A stretch of DNA of 64,000 nt. It comes from a virus. Positions 9,914 through 19,322 of the stretch are shown here, one piece after another (position 1 is the first letter of the stretch; each line of letters opens with the position of its first letter). Location: UHGV virus genome UHGV-0277504. One strand, 5' to 3'. The translations under genes and the position numbers were made by a program. The notes below the pieces were generated by a model, which was not told where the DNA came from, ran no database searches, and saw nothing but the letters and a program-made list of their open reading frames with translations.

Positions 9914-10150
9914 TTACCCTGCATCATAATGATTATCATTTAAATCATAATCGGCATCTTTAGGTCTAACCCTATCCCAATTTACACTTGCTTTAAACTT
10001 AGGTCGAAAATCCCCATTCCCATCAGCATATATAGAAACTGTTCTTGATGCGCCTAAGTCACCTAAATACTCCATCTTATCTAGCATTGACATAAATTCA
10101 TTAACCCATCTTTCTTCCATTTCAACTTCAATTGTAAATTTCTTTTTCAT
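9914..10150 (-). CDS. hypothetical protein
   Basis: ORF preceded by the conserved motif ACATACATTTTATAGGAGG. Confidence 0.45.
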   Translation of the reverse strand: MKKKFTIEVEMEERWVNEFMSMLDKMEYLGDLGASRTVSIYADGNGDFRPKFKASVNWDRVRPKDADYDLNDNHYDAG

Positions 10151-10176
10151 AATTATTTCCTCCTATAAAATGTATG

Positions 10177-10683
10177 TTATTCCCAGAAACCCCACTCATT
10201 ACTTTCTTTTTCTTTTATGGTATAGTCATAACTAACCTCAAAATTCTCACTATCAAGAAATTCTTTTAGCCTTTTCTTCCGATTTATTAAAACATGTAGA
10301 TTTCCATTCTTAGCAATTTGCGTGTCTTGATAACTATTTAAGTACTCGTTATCCCAATTCCAATCTACAAAATACTCCTCTTTTGAATTATCATCATATG
10401 CAACTTCTACACTTGCTATATCTGCATGTTGAATTAGTCTTTTAGAACAACTAAGGCTTTCTTCATCTTCTTCATCAAATAGACCTAAAGTTTTAATCGT
10501 TTCTGGATTAATAATATCAAAATAGATACTATTAGCAGTTTGGAGCTTAGCAATGCTATTGATTGCATTTCGTCTTACACTTATATCTATATCCGCAATA
10601 ATTATATTTGCTAAATGCTTGGTTGGAATCTTGATGTACTCACAATTTTCTAAAACTAATACTATTTCTTTTACTTTTGTCAT
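10177..10683 (-). CDS. hypothetical protein
   Basis: ORF preceded by the conserved motif. Confidence 0.5.
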   Translation of the reverse strand: MTKVKEIVLVLENCEYIKIPTKHLANIIIADIDISVRRNAINSIAKLQTANSIYFDIINPETIKTLGLFDEEDEESLSCSKRLIQHADIASVEVAYDDNSKEEYFVDWNWDNEYLNSYQDTQIAKNGNLHVLINRKKRLKEFLDSENFEVSYDYTIKEKESNEWGFWE

Positions 10684-10698
10684 ATTTTATTCTACTCC

Positions 10699-10860
10699 TT
10701 ATAAAATGTGTGTTTTAACGCCACTCTTTTCTTCAAAAAGTATCAATATATCTAAGTCTCCTATCGCACTAAACATTAAATTTCTAAAATGTTTCTTTTC
10801 ATCTGTTGACATATTTTCAACATCTCTCATCAGTTCTTTAAATATTTTTTCATAATCCAT
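10699..10860 (-). CDS. small hypothetical protein (53 aa)
   Basis: ATG at 10858-10860 preceded by GGAGGAGTAATT; stop overlaps the conserved intergenic motif. Confidence 0.3.
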   Translation of the reverse strand: MDYEKIFKELMRDVENMSTDEKKHFRNLMFSAIGDLDILILFEEKSGVKTHIL

Positions 10861-10886
10861 AATTACTCCTCCTAAAAGTTTTCTAG

Positions 10887-11195
10887 TTAAGTTAAATCAA
10901 TTTTATATAACTTCTTATTAATTTTATGTTCTTCAAATTTAAAACCTACACCCTTCTCGTAAAATCCCTCTAACTTAACTTCTACTGTCTTAGGGCTTAA
11001 AACATATCTAGTGCCTAAAGAATCTTCATAACTACCTTTAGTTTCAAGTAGTATTGTTCCTTTTTTTAGTAGGGTATGACAACCATGATTAGAGTATATA
11101 TCTTCTTTAACTACTTTATATTCTTCTATTTTGTTATCTAATAACCAACTATACATACTTTCTAGCACAATAGAATCTACATTTTTAACTATCAT
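10887..11195 (-). CDS. hypothetical protein
   Basis: ORF preceded by a variant of the conserved motif. Confidence 0.5.
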   Translation of the reverse strand: MIVKNVDSIVLESMYSWLLDNKIEEYKVVKEDIYSNHGCHTLLKKGTILLETKGSYEDSLGTRYVLSPKTVEVKLEGFYEKGVGFKFEEHKINKKLYKIDLT

Positions 11196-11329
11196 AACTA
11201 GCTCCTCCTATAAAATAATTCTTTTAATTAATTTTTTAATTTTATTAGTGTATCTAAATACTGTTTTAATCTATTAAAATAAATATCTTCTACATAATGT
11301 GCAGGAAGTGTCAAAGTTACTTTACTTCA

Positions 11330-11497
11330 TTACGTTATCACATATGTGCTACCTGAATGATTTAAACCTATTACCTTATCTTCAAATTTCTCAATGATTA
11401 ACAAAGGTAATTCTCCACCGATTTCATTACCTTTAAAAAATACTGATACAAAATCTCTTATTTCTAAATTATTAATATCTTTAATTTTCTCATTCAT
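11330..11497 (-). CDS. small hypothetical protein (55 aa)
   Basis: ATG at 11495-11497 with weak AGGA RBS; fills an otherwise empty 330-bp gap. Confidence 0.3.
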   Translation of the reverse strand: MNEKIKDINNLEIRDFVSVFFKGNEIGGELPLLIIEKFEDKVIGLNHSGSTYVIT

Positions 11498-11526
11498 AAC
11501 ATTTTCATCCTTATAAAATGTATGTT

Positions 11527-12036
11527 TTAAATTCTTTCAATTGTATCAGTGTTTAAATTCAAACAATATTTTACCTTTTTATCTAGTCCTCCTTTAGTGA
11601 AACCCTCGGATGTTCCTTGCCCTTGCATATAAAAATACTTAAACAGTTCATTATTGTATCGTAAGTATATATCCATACCGAAATATGTTTCAATATAAAA
11701 TGGAGGATATTCCATCACATTATCATTGTAAAAGTTATTGATATACTTACAAATAGATTCTAACTCTTGATGCATAAACTCTTCACTTGAATATAGATGT
11801 TTATACTTATCTTTATAGAGATACAGAATATCTTCTGTTGAGATACTTCCGAGTATCTCAATTGTCTCAGTAAACATTTTATTTAAATCAAAATCTTTGT
11901 TTTTAGCTTTCTTTAAAATTAAATTTCTTCTATTTTCTTTTTCTTTTAATCCATTATTAATGCTTTCTATTTGTTCATCAGTCATATTTGATATATTTTT
12001 CAATATTTTATCAAATTTGTCATCTATATTACTCAT
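11527..12036 (-). CDS. hypothetical protein
   Basis: ORF preceded by the conserved motif. Confidence 0.5.
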   Translation of the reverse strand: MSNIDDKFDKILKNISNMTDEQIESINNGLKEKENRRNLILKKAKNKDFDLNKMFTETIEILGSISTEDILYLYKDKYKHLYSSEEFMHQELESICKYINNFYNDNVMEYPPFYIETYFGMDIYLRYNNELFKYFYMQGQGTSEGFTKGGLDKKVKYCLNLNTDTIERI

Positions 12037-12068
12037 ATAGTATCGCTCCTTATAAAATGATTCTTTTA

Positions 12069-12263
12069 TTACCTCATATATTTATTCCTATTTACTGTAC
12101 TTGGTTTTGGTAGCTTATCAATGTCATATTGCTTTACATCTTCATGCATATATGTTTTTAATAATTTATCATTCTTTATAATGTATTTGCTATAATCTTT
12201 ACTACTATTAAATTCTAAATGGCTTTTATCTTTTAAATTTTCTTTTTTCTTACCTTTTTCCAT
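12069..12263 (-). CDS. hypothetical protein
   Basis: ORF with RBS, downstream of the promoter at 12295-12323. Confidence 0.45.
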   Translation of the reverse strand: MEKGKKKENLKDKSHLEFNSSKDYSKYIIKNDKLLKTYMHEDVKQYDIDKLPKPSTVNRNKYMR

Positions 12264-12294
12264 ATTTAAAACTCCTTTACTTTATTGTAGTCTA

Positions 12295-12323
12295 AGTATA
12301 TAACAAAAAACACCCAGTGTCAA
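12295..12323 (-). promoter_or_regulatory. sigma-A-like promoter TTGACA-N17-TATACT; -35 lies in the terminator loop
   Basis: Plus tgtcaa at 12318-12323 and agtata at 12295-12300. Confidence 0.5.
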
Positions 12324-12329
12324 GGGTGT
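12303..12329 (-). terminator. intrinsic terminator (acaccc/gggtgt stem, T-run on minus strand)
   Basis: Hairpin 12310-12315/12324-12329; plus-strand A-run 12304-12310. Confidence 0.55.
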
Positions 12330-12338
12330 TTTTATAAT

Positions 12339-13448
12339 TTATTCAATATATTCAATATTATCTTTAGTTTCTAATATACCTTTTGCTGTATTATATACTA
12401 ACTCAGGTTTATCTTCGACATCAAATGGAACAATGTTTTTACTTTTATCAAGTTCAAACTTTATTTTACTCATTAAGTCTTTAAAACCTACAAAATAACC
12501 TTTTCTTTCATCTAGATTATTCTTTTGATACGTGTATGTTCTATCAAAAGGTTTAACAAAGAATCTATAAGTATTTCTGCCTTTAACATAGTTAAATGAT
12601 ATTGCGTGACTTTCATAATATCTAATACTTGTTTCTTGTAAGATATAACCATTAATAGGTATTTTTGTAATACTATCAAAAGCATCTTGGAAATCAGATA
12701 AATCATATAATAAGTCATTTGTATAAGATTTAATAGTTTCTAATACATTATTTTCAGTAACAAATACGTATTTTAAATCACGAGTAGTAAAACTAGGAAT
12801 ACATATAGCTTCTTTAACATCTCTAAAATTCCCTTTAGAAGATAATATTATTTCATTTATTTTTTGTTCTCTATCAGGAACTAATCCTATAATTAAAGGT
12901 ATATTATTATATTTCAATTCTACATTAATACTCTGACTTTCTATAATATATGGTTTAACTATTTCTTTAATTTTTTGAAAACTTTTGATTTTATTCTCTA
13001 CAGAAGTTATATTATAGTTTATTTCTTTAAAAATAGAACTTAATGCTTTATGTGCTTTATAACCATCTAAAGTATAATCCAAATCATAAATACTCATTAA
13101 AAAATAAGATAAAACTTTTTTGTTTAAGCTATTATAAATTTCTAGATTTAAACTAGGATTTTTATACGAACAATCTAGTTTTAGTAAAAATTTAAAATTT
13201 TCATGTCCGTATTTACGTGTACGTTCAAGACTATACTTAGAGTAGTCACTAACTTCTACTAAATCAAAGTCCAAATCTTCTTTGATTTTATTTACTAAAC
13301 TTTTAGCAATATCATACTTGGAAAATAGGAACATATCATCTTTTTTCTTTATTGTTGGTTCTGGTTTAGACTCGAGAAATGCAAAAATTACACTAAAAAT
13401 AACTAAAAAAACTACGAAAACTATCATCATACCTAATACAATTTTCAT
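12339..13448 (-). CDS. hypothetical protein with N-terminal transmembrane anchor
   Basis: N-terminus MKIVLGMMIVFVVFLVIFSVIFAFL. Confidence 0.5.
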   Translation of the reverse strand: MKIVLGMMIVFVVFLVIFSVIFAFLESKPEPTIKKKDDMFLFSKYDIAKSLVNKIKEDLDFDLVEVSDYSKYSLERTRKYGHENFKFLLKLDCSYKNPSLNLEIYNSLNKKVLSYFLMSIYDLDYTLDGYKAHKALSSIFKEINYNITSVENKIKSFQKIKEIVKPYIIESQSINVELKYNNIPLIIGLVPDREQKINEIILSSKGNFRDVKEAICIPSFTTRDLKYVFVTENNVLETIKSYTNDLLYDLSDFQDAFDSITKIPINGYILQETSIRYYESHAISFNYVKGRNTYRFFVKPFDRTYTYQKNNLDERKGYFVGFKDLMSKIKFELDKSKNIVPFDVEDKPELVYNTAKGILETKDNIEYIE

Positions 13449-13501
13449 TATTTATACACTCCTTTGTAATTATTTTCATTAGTATCTTCTCCTTTTATTT
13501 T

Positions 13502-14011
13502 TTATGAAAATACATCTTTCATTTTGTTATAAGCATCTAATAGTTTATTATATTTTTGTTTAGAAATAGTTACTTTTTCTTGTATACTTGATTTTTTAAA
13601 ATGTTCTTCATAATCTCGTTTACAAGGTCTAACAATATAATCAATTTGTTTCTTTGGAAAGAGGTGTTTTTCTACGGGTTTATTTCCTTTACCATCTCTA
13701 TTTTGAGTAATAACAGCTACGTTATCAAAATTATGGTTGTAAACAATGATACCATTGAATCCAAATATAGATATTTTTTCTGATACAAATATATCCCCTT
13801 CTCTATAATCGTCAGTTTTTAATAATTCTTTGGACTTAATGATTTTCCAAGAATTAGGTAATTTCTCGTATTTCATTCTACTAGCATTTAACTTAGTTGT
13901 ATATTTATTTAAAGTTAATCGTTTTACATAATTAGATACTAGATTTGTGGATTGGTACCCATTAATATTGTTACTTTTTATAAATTTTCCTACGTAATCA
14001 TTTAAATACAT
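13502..14011 (-). CDS. hypothetical protein
   Basis: ORF. Confidence 0.5.
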   Translation of the reverse strand: MYLNDYVGKFIKSNNINGYQSTNLVSNYVKRLTLNKYTTKLNASRMKYEKLPNSWKIIKSKELLKTDDYREGDIFVSEKISIFGFNGIIVYNHNFDNVAVITQNRDGKGNKPVEKHLFPKKQIDYIVRPCKRDYEEHFKKSSIQEKVTISKQKYNKLLDAYNKMKDVFS

Positions 14012-14217
14012 GTTTTATTTTCTCCTTTATAAATTTTCTAAATGGTATTTGTAAGAACGTTTTACTTTGTTTAGCTCTTCTAATGCTTTATTTAAACATA
14101 CAGTATTGATAAGACCATTAGTGTCTAATTTTAAGTACTCTACATCAGTAATAATTCTTTCTAAAGAATTCACATACTCCTTTAATTGCTCTTCACTTTC
14201 CATTATATAACTCCTTT

Positions 14218-14406
14218 CTATATACCTAATGCTATTAAGATAAGGCTTACTAAGATAAGCACTACCATAATTAACATTATTAATAGAGGTATGGCTTCTT
14301 CTTTATTTCCATCTTTAAATAGTTTAATTACTTCTACTAAAACACTAAAACAAATAGCTAAGTAAAATAAAGCTAATACACTTGCTAAAATAATAAAACC
14401 TATCAC
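14218..14406 (-). CDS. small hydrophobic membrane protein (62 aa)
   Basis: Two hydrophobic helices; RBS AGGAGG. Confidence 0.45.
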   Translation of the reverse strand: MIGFIILASVLALFYLAICFSVLVEVIKLFKDGNKEEAIPLLIMLIMVVLILVSLILIALGI

Positions 14407-14435
14407 TTTTACTCCTCCTTATTTATTATATATAA

Positions 14436-14464
14436 ACTATAACATAAAAAAAGACCCCTGTCAA
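14436..14464 (-). promoter_or_regulatory. sigma-A-like promoter TTGACA-N17-TATAGT; -35 lies in the terminator loop
   Basis: Plus tgtcaa at 14459-14464 and actata at 14436-14441. Confidence 0.5.
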
Positions 14465-14472
14465 TAGGGGTC
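14445..14472 (-). terminator. intrinsic terminator (gacccct/aggggtc)
   Basis: 7-bp GC-rich stem flanked by an A-run (plus) that gives a T-run on the minus strand. Confidence 0.55.
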
Positions 14473-14523
14473 AGTAAAAAATTTTAATACTATTTTAGAT
14501 TAACAATCGGTTCTTTATCTATA

Positions 14524-15336
14524 TTATTTATGTCTCATATCTAATATAGCATTTCCTGAATCTGGTAATGTGATAGGTGTATCACCTTTCCATTTTTCAA
14601 TAAGTTGTTTTTGTAGTAACTCATCTGTTAATGATTCTTCTACAATTTCATTTGCTTTCTTAGTACCTTTTGCTTCAATTTCTTTACGTTCAGCTTCTTC
14701 TTTAGCAATTTGTTTGTCAACTTTCTTTCTCTCTAATTCTTGATTTGCTTTAACACGACTGTCAATTGCTTTTTGAGTATTTTTATCTGCTTTTGGAGAA
14801 CTTAAAGCAATATCTTCAACAATAAAACCTTGACCTTTAAGATTTTCTTCAAGTTTATCTAAAGTAGATTTTTTAATTTCACTTGTTTTAACACCGAAAG
14901 CATCAATTACTGAGTATTTAGAAACAGATTGACGTACGTTATCTTGTACTCTTGAACGTAAATAACCTTTTTCTAGCTGTTCAATATCTGCACTACCAAA
15001 ACGATTAAATAATTCAACTGCTTTTGAGCTATCAACTTTATAGTTTACATCAATATCTAAATTAAGGTTTTTACCATCTGACGTTGATACATTCATATCT
15101 TTGTAGCTGATAGTTTGTGTTCTTGTAGGATATTCATTTACTCTGTTCATAGGTGCTACTAAGTGCCAGCCAGGACTTAGAGTATTATCCTTAACACCTT
15201 TAGGTGAGTATACAACACCTACTGTTCCTTGCGGTACTCTTTCAATACTTAGAAACGCAATTATAATTGCTACAACAATAATAATACCGCCTATAGTTAA
15301 TCCTAAACCTGCTTTTACTTTACTTTCCATAATCAT
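14524..15336 (-). CDS. SPFH/band-7 (stomatin/prohibitin-like) membrane protein
   Basis: N-terminal TM, then VPQGTVGVVYSPKGV...LSPGWHLVAPMNRV...TSDGKNLNLDIDVNYKV typical of the SPFH fold; coiled-coil C-terminus. Confidence 0.7.
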   Translation of the reverse strand: MIMESKVKAGLGLTIGGIIIVVAIIIAFLSIERVPQGTVGVVYSPKGVKDNTLSPGWHLVAPMNRVNEYPTRTQTISYKDMNVSTSDGKNLNLDIDVNYKVDSSKAVELFNRFGSADIEQLEKGYLRSRVQDNVRQSVSKYSVIDAFGVKTSEIKKSTLDKLEENLKGQGFIVEDIALSSPKADKNTQKAIDSRVKANQELERKKVDKQIAKEEAERKEIEAKGTKKANEIVEESLTDELLQKQLIEKWKGDTPITLPDSGNAILDMRHK

Positions 15337-15605
15337 TCTCCTTTTTTAATATCTTTATGAAGTTTTTTTAACTCCGATATTTCTTCTTCAAGTTCTTTAA
15401 TTTGAGATACACTCGATGTTGATGATTCTAATGCTTCTTTTTCATGGTTTTTTAATTCAATCTCATAGTCAACCATTTTTAATCTCTTATTAATTTCTCT
15501 TTTCTCTATTTCTTTCCTTACATACTCAAATAGCTTAGTTGCTCCAATAATTATACCTAGTATGATTACTACAAAAATTAAAGCAACTAATAGTAACCAA
15601 GCCAT
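15333..15605 (-). CDS. small membrane-anchored coiled-coil protein
   Basis: TM at the N-terminus, charged coiled-coil tail; 4-nt overlap with the SPFH gene. Confidence 0.45.
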   Translation of the reverse strand: MAWLLLVALIFVVIILGIIIGATKLFEYVRKEIEKREINKRLKMVDYEIELKNHEKEALESSTSSVSQIKELEEEISELKKLHKDIKKGE

Positions 15606-15673
15606 ATACCTAACCTACTTTCTTCTCTTTAACTATTCTTGTTTAAGTTTATCTTTTTGTTCAGGTGTTAACA

Positions 15674-18010
15674 TTAACTATCTCTCCAAACTTGATTTAT
15701 TTCATTATGAGTTCTTCCTGTTTCATTTTTTGCAAATTCTTCTTGCATTTTTCTTAAAGTGATAATATCTGTATTCTTAAGTTCTTTTCTAGTTAAATTA
15801 GAATAATCACGAACCCAGTAATAAAAAGCTCTTAAACTTTCGTTTTCTTGTAAAATTCTTTGAATAGGTCGTCTATCATTACCTTTAGCTAAGCTTTCTA
15901 CGATACCTCTCATGTATTTCCAGTCATTATAGTACTTAGATTTATACTTAAACATAAAACCATTTGAATCTTCAAATACATATCCTTCATGTTTAATATC
16001 TAAAGAGTTATGATTATTCTTATACCAATCATAAAACTCTACCCAAGTATCGAACATAAGAGACCATGATTTAAAAGGTACTCCGATAGATAAAGCAAAT
16101 GTATAAGTATTGGAATAACTTTCTTTTTTGAATTCTAAAGTATTATGAATAATATCTAATAAAACGATATGACTTTTATCATATTCAATGATATGTGGGT
16201 CGTTTTCAATATCAATAACTTCAAACACTAAAGTTCTATCATGTTCTTTAAGATACTTAACGATTGTTTCTACTTGAATATCATCAAACTGCTTATCAAA
16301 TAAATCTTTAAACCATAGAGCATAATCATTATTATGCTTACTTAAATGTGTTTTTGATTTACTACAAAAGACTAAATCATCAATGTTAGAATCAAAGTAA
16401 ACTAAACCTAAATAACCATTCTCTTTTTTATAACCATATAACGGAAATTTAATAATATCAGGTAATGCATCTAATTTTGTCTCAGGTCTTTCATTAATAT
16501 TGAAAAATTTATTATAACCTCTACCTAAAATTTTATTTACTAGAGTATCAATAAATAATCCTCTAGCACTTACTGTTAATTGGTTCCATCTTTTTTTATC
16601 AAATGCTTTTTTAGTAAAGTTAACAGATACTACATAATTGTACTGTTCAATGACTTTGATAGATTTTTTCTCTTCTTTAGCTAAATTTAAATATTTATCT
16701 ACTGTTAAATCTTTATCAATTGATTTTAAATAGTCTTCATTAACTAAGAACTTATGATTAAATTTTTCATTTTTAATTAATACAGGGTCGATACTATTAT
16801 TACTGTTAATCGTTACTGCTCTTAAGTAACCACCTTTTTCGACTCTACCTTCTAGATTAATAGAATTTTTTGTTAAATCTAAACGTTCACGATATAAATT
16901 TCTATGACCGTGAATCTGAATAACTGAACTATCTTTCCATTTACTGTCTACATCAAATTCATAACTACCTACACCATTAATAAGTTGATGTGTTGATACT
17001 TTATTTAAATTATCTAACATATTAGGTAAGATACCACCATGATTAATAACATAGTATTGTCCTCTATAATTAAAGTATAGAACTTGTTGTAAGTTTCTTA
17101 AAATAGCACGTACTCGTTTAGGTGTAATACCATTATCAAGGAAAGATTTTAACGTGTAAACAAAACCTCTAGCTTTAAATACATCTAAGACTAATTTAAA
17201 TAACTTACTAAAGTCATCACTCACTTTATGAAGCTCTTCATACGTATCTGTATCTAAGTGAGCATACCTACGTAAATGTCTTTCATGATTACCTTCTAAT
17301 AATTCTACATTGTCTAAGTTATGGATAAGTTCTAAATAATCAAAAGTTTCTTTAGGTTCTAAACCTCTATCAAAATAATCTCCTACAAAAATAAATAATT
17401 CATTAGGGTGGTCTACAATGTAGTTGTAACTAGCAAATTCATTTAAAGCTGTGAAACAAGAATGTACATCACCGATAACATGAATTTTATCATAATGATT
17501 TACTTCCATAAAATCTTTATCCCACTCAAGAGAACTTAATACTTCTTCAGGTTTTAATTCTTTTGCAACACTAGGAATATGTTCATGTTGTAGTCTTTCA
17601 TAAATATTCTCAATAACTTCTACAGGAACTTGTTTTAATTTTTCCCTTTGGTTATTACGTTCAATTAATGTATCTAAGTCTTCTTCTAAGGTTACTACAT
17701 AAACACGATAACCGTATACTTTAGCTAACTTCTCATATCGTTTAATTAACTTACCTGTAGAGTGTGTAGCATCAATTACAGTAAATTCACCATTACTCAT
17801 ACGATTTTCTAAAATTTCAAATAATGTTTTCCAAACTAGATTATCTTTATCTTGAGTAATCGCTATTCTACCTTCTTCATTATAGATAGGTGAACCGAAT
17901 TGTAATCTTAAAGTGTCTGGACTTAATGTGTAATTTTCTAGTCCTTTCTCTTTAATAAAAGTAGATTTACCTACACCTGGTACACCTCTCATTAATAATA
18001 ATTGTTTCAT
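15674..18010 (-). CDS. Pnkp-like polynucleotide kinase-phosphatase with C-terminal ligase-like domain
   Basis: P-loop GVPGVGKST (T4 Pnk-like kinase), calcineurin-type motifs GDVHSC/GDYFDRG/GNHE, C-terminal KENG adenylyltransferase-like motif. Confidence 0.6.
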   Translation of the reverse strand: MKQLLLMRGVPGVGKSTFIKEKGLENYTLSPDTLRLQFGSPIYNEEGRIAITQDKDNLVWKTLFEILENRMSNGEFTVIDATHSTGKLIKRYEKLAKVYGYRVYVVTLEEDLDTLIERNNQREKLKQVPVEVIENIYERLQHEHIPSVAKELKPEEVLSSLEWDKDFMEVNHYDKIHVIGDVHSCFTALNEFASYNYIVDHPNELFIFVGDYFDRGLEPKETFDYLELIHNLDNVELLEGNHERHLRRYAHLDTDTYEELHKVSDDFSKLFKLVLDVFKARGFVYTLKSFLDNGITPKRVRAILRNLQQVLYFNYRGQYYVINHGGILPNMLDNLNKVSTHQLINGVGSYEFDVDSKWKDSSVIQIHGHRNLYRERLDLTKNSINLEGRVEKGGYLRAVTINSNNSIDPVLIKNEKFNHKFLVNEDYLKSIDKDLTVDKYLNLAKEEKKSIKVIEQYNYVVSVNFTKKAFDKKRWNQLTVSARGLFIDTLVNKILGRGYNKFFNINERPETKLDALPDIIKFPLYGYKKENGYLGLVYFDSNIDDLVFCSKSKTHLSKHNNDYALWFKDLFDKQFDDIQVETIVKYLKEHDRTLVFEVIDIENDPHIIEYDKSHIVLLDIIHNTLEFKKESYSNTYTFALSIGVPFKSWSLMFDTWVEFYDWYKNNHNSLDIKHEGYVFEDSNGFMFKYKSKYYNDWKYMRGIVESLAKGNDRRPIQRILQENESLRAFYYWVRDYSNLTRKELKNTDIITLRKMQEEFAKNETGRTHNEINQVWRDS

Positions 18011-18027
18011 AATTACCTCTCCTTTTA

Positions 18028-18291
18028 TTATTTAATACTAATAAATTCTATACTGTTTAAAGGTACCCAAACATCGTCTTCTGTTGAATTACTTGCAAAA
18101 AATAGTGAAAATGTATCAGCGTCACAGTTTTTTAACAACTTAATAAGACTATCTCTCTCTTCAATTGAAACATTAATATCCATATATTTCCCACTTTTTA
18201 GAGCTACTGTGACTTTATATTGTTTTTCTTCTTTAAAATTTTCCATATTATTCATTGAAATATCTCCTTTATTTTTTGATATATACATCAT
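18028..18291 (-). CDS. hypothetical protein
   Basis: ORF. Confidence 0.45.
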   Translation of the reverse strand: MMYISKNKGDISMNNMENFKEEKQYKVTVALKSGKYMDINVSIEERDSLIKLLKNCDADTFSLFFASNSTEDDVWVPLNSIEFISIK

Positions 18292-18616
18292 ATTTAGTGT
18301 CTAATTCTCTATGACCTGTTATGAAATAAATTTTACTTTTCTTTGATACTGTATATGTTGTTTTCTTTATATAACTTTTATTACTCTCATGTGCTTTTAC
18401 GTCAACAGAAGATACTGATGCTATTTCATTGAATTGTTCTGCTGAAATTACTGATACATTTTTATCTTTTAAAGCTACTTCTTTAGGTAAAATAATAGTT
18501 ACTCCTATTAGTAAAATACCTATAAATCCTAAAAATTCAAAACTTTTTTTTCTCTTTTTTATCCCTACGTACCATGATACTACTGTTAGAACTAAAATAA
18601 TAAAATAAAAAATCAT
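18269..18616 (-). CDS. hypothetical membrane protein
   Basis: Two N-terminal TM segments. Confidence 0.45.
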   Translation of the reverse strand: MIFYFIILVLTVVSWYVGIKKRKKSFEFLGFIGILLIGVTIILPKEVALKDKNVSVISAEQFNEIASVSSVDVKAHESNKSYIKKTTYTVSKKSKIYFITGHRELDTKYDVYIKK

Positions 18617-18669
18617 AATTTACCTCCTTTAACTTAACTATAAACTATAATAACTTTTTTGTCAAGTAA

Positions 18670-19239
18670 TTATTTAAATTCTGATAAATCTTTATGTACT
18701 TCGGTAGGTTCTAGGTAGTATTTTTTAGCTGTTTTAGTTATGCCTATTAGTTTATCATTTGTGTTATCTTTATCTACAATCAAACTATTAATTTGCTCTT
18801 GTATAATATTTTTCGTATTAGGGTTCTTTGTTTTAATTTTACTTATTTCTTTTTCATAAATTTTAATTTGAATATCATTACGTTTTTTGATTAAAGGTCT
18901 AACTTCTTTATTTAACTTACGTTTAATAAAATCACTAATATCATCTCTAGTATCCTTTATAGATTCCCAATCAGCTTCATTATCACTCATAATAGTAATA
19001 ATATTTAAGTGTTTATCAATAACAAGTTTATGCTCTTTAAATACATAAACTTCTCGACCCTTTTCTTGTTGTGTGACATAAGTAGCTTTATTTAAAGCTT
19101 TGGCTACCCACTCTTTTGCTTTTTCACGTGATGAATTTTCTACCCTCATTAAAAATCTTTCATAAGCATGGTTAGTTATATTCACATGCTTACTAAGTAT
19201 AGGTTTTTTTCTTTCCACTATATTTAGCATGTTTAACAT
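18670..19239 (-). CDS. hypothetical protein
   Basis: ORF with RBS; TTGACA-like -35 at about 19288. Confidence 0.5.
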   Translation of the reverse strand: MLNMLNIVERKKPILSKHVNITNHAYERFLMRVENSSREKAKEWVAKALNKATYVTQQEKGREVYVFKEHKLVIDKHLNIITIMSDNEADWESIKDTRDDISDFIKRKLNKEVRPLIKKRNDIQIKIYEKEISKIKTKNPNTKNIIQEQINSLIVDKDNTNDKLIGITKTAKKYYLEPTEVHKDLSEFK

Positions 19240-19322
19240 CTCCTTATTTGTTATGTCTTAATGATACTATAATTTATATTAGATGTCAATACTTTTTATA
19301 AAAAAAGAAGTGTAGTTTTATA

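Noticed and set aside
11311-11316. TTGACA at 11311-11316 (minus strand) as a promoter -35.
   Set aside because: No acceptable -10 hexamer sits 16-18 nt downstream, so it is not called.
12512-12718. Nested ORFs 12512..12718 (-) and 43348..43551 (-) inside longer minus-strand genes.
   Set aside because: They are in alternative frames of the 369-aa and 241-aa genes and have no independent RBS; likely artefacts.
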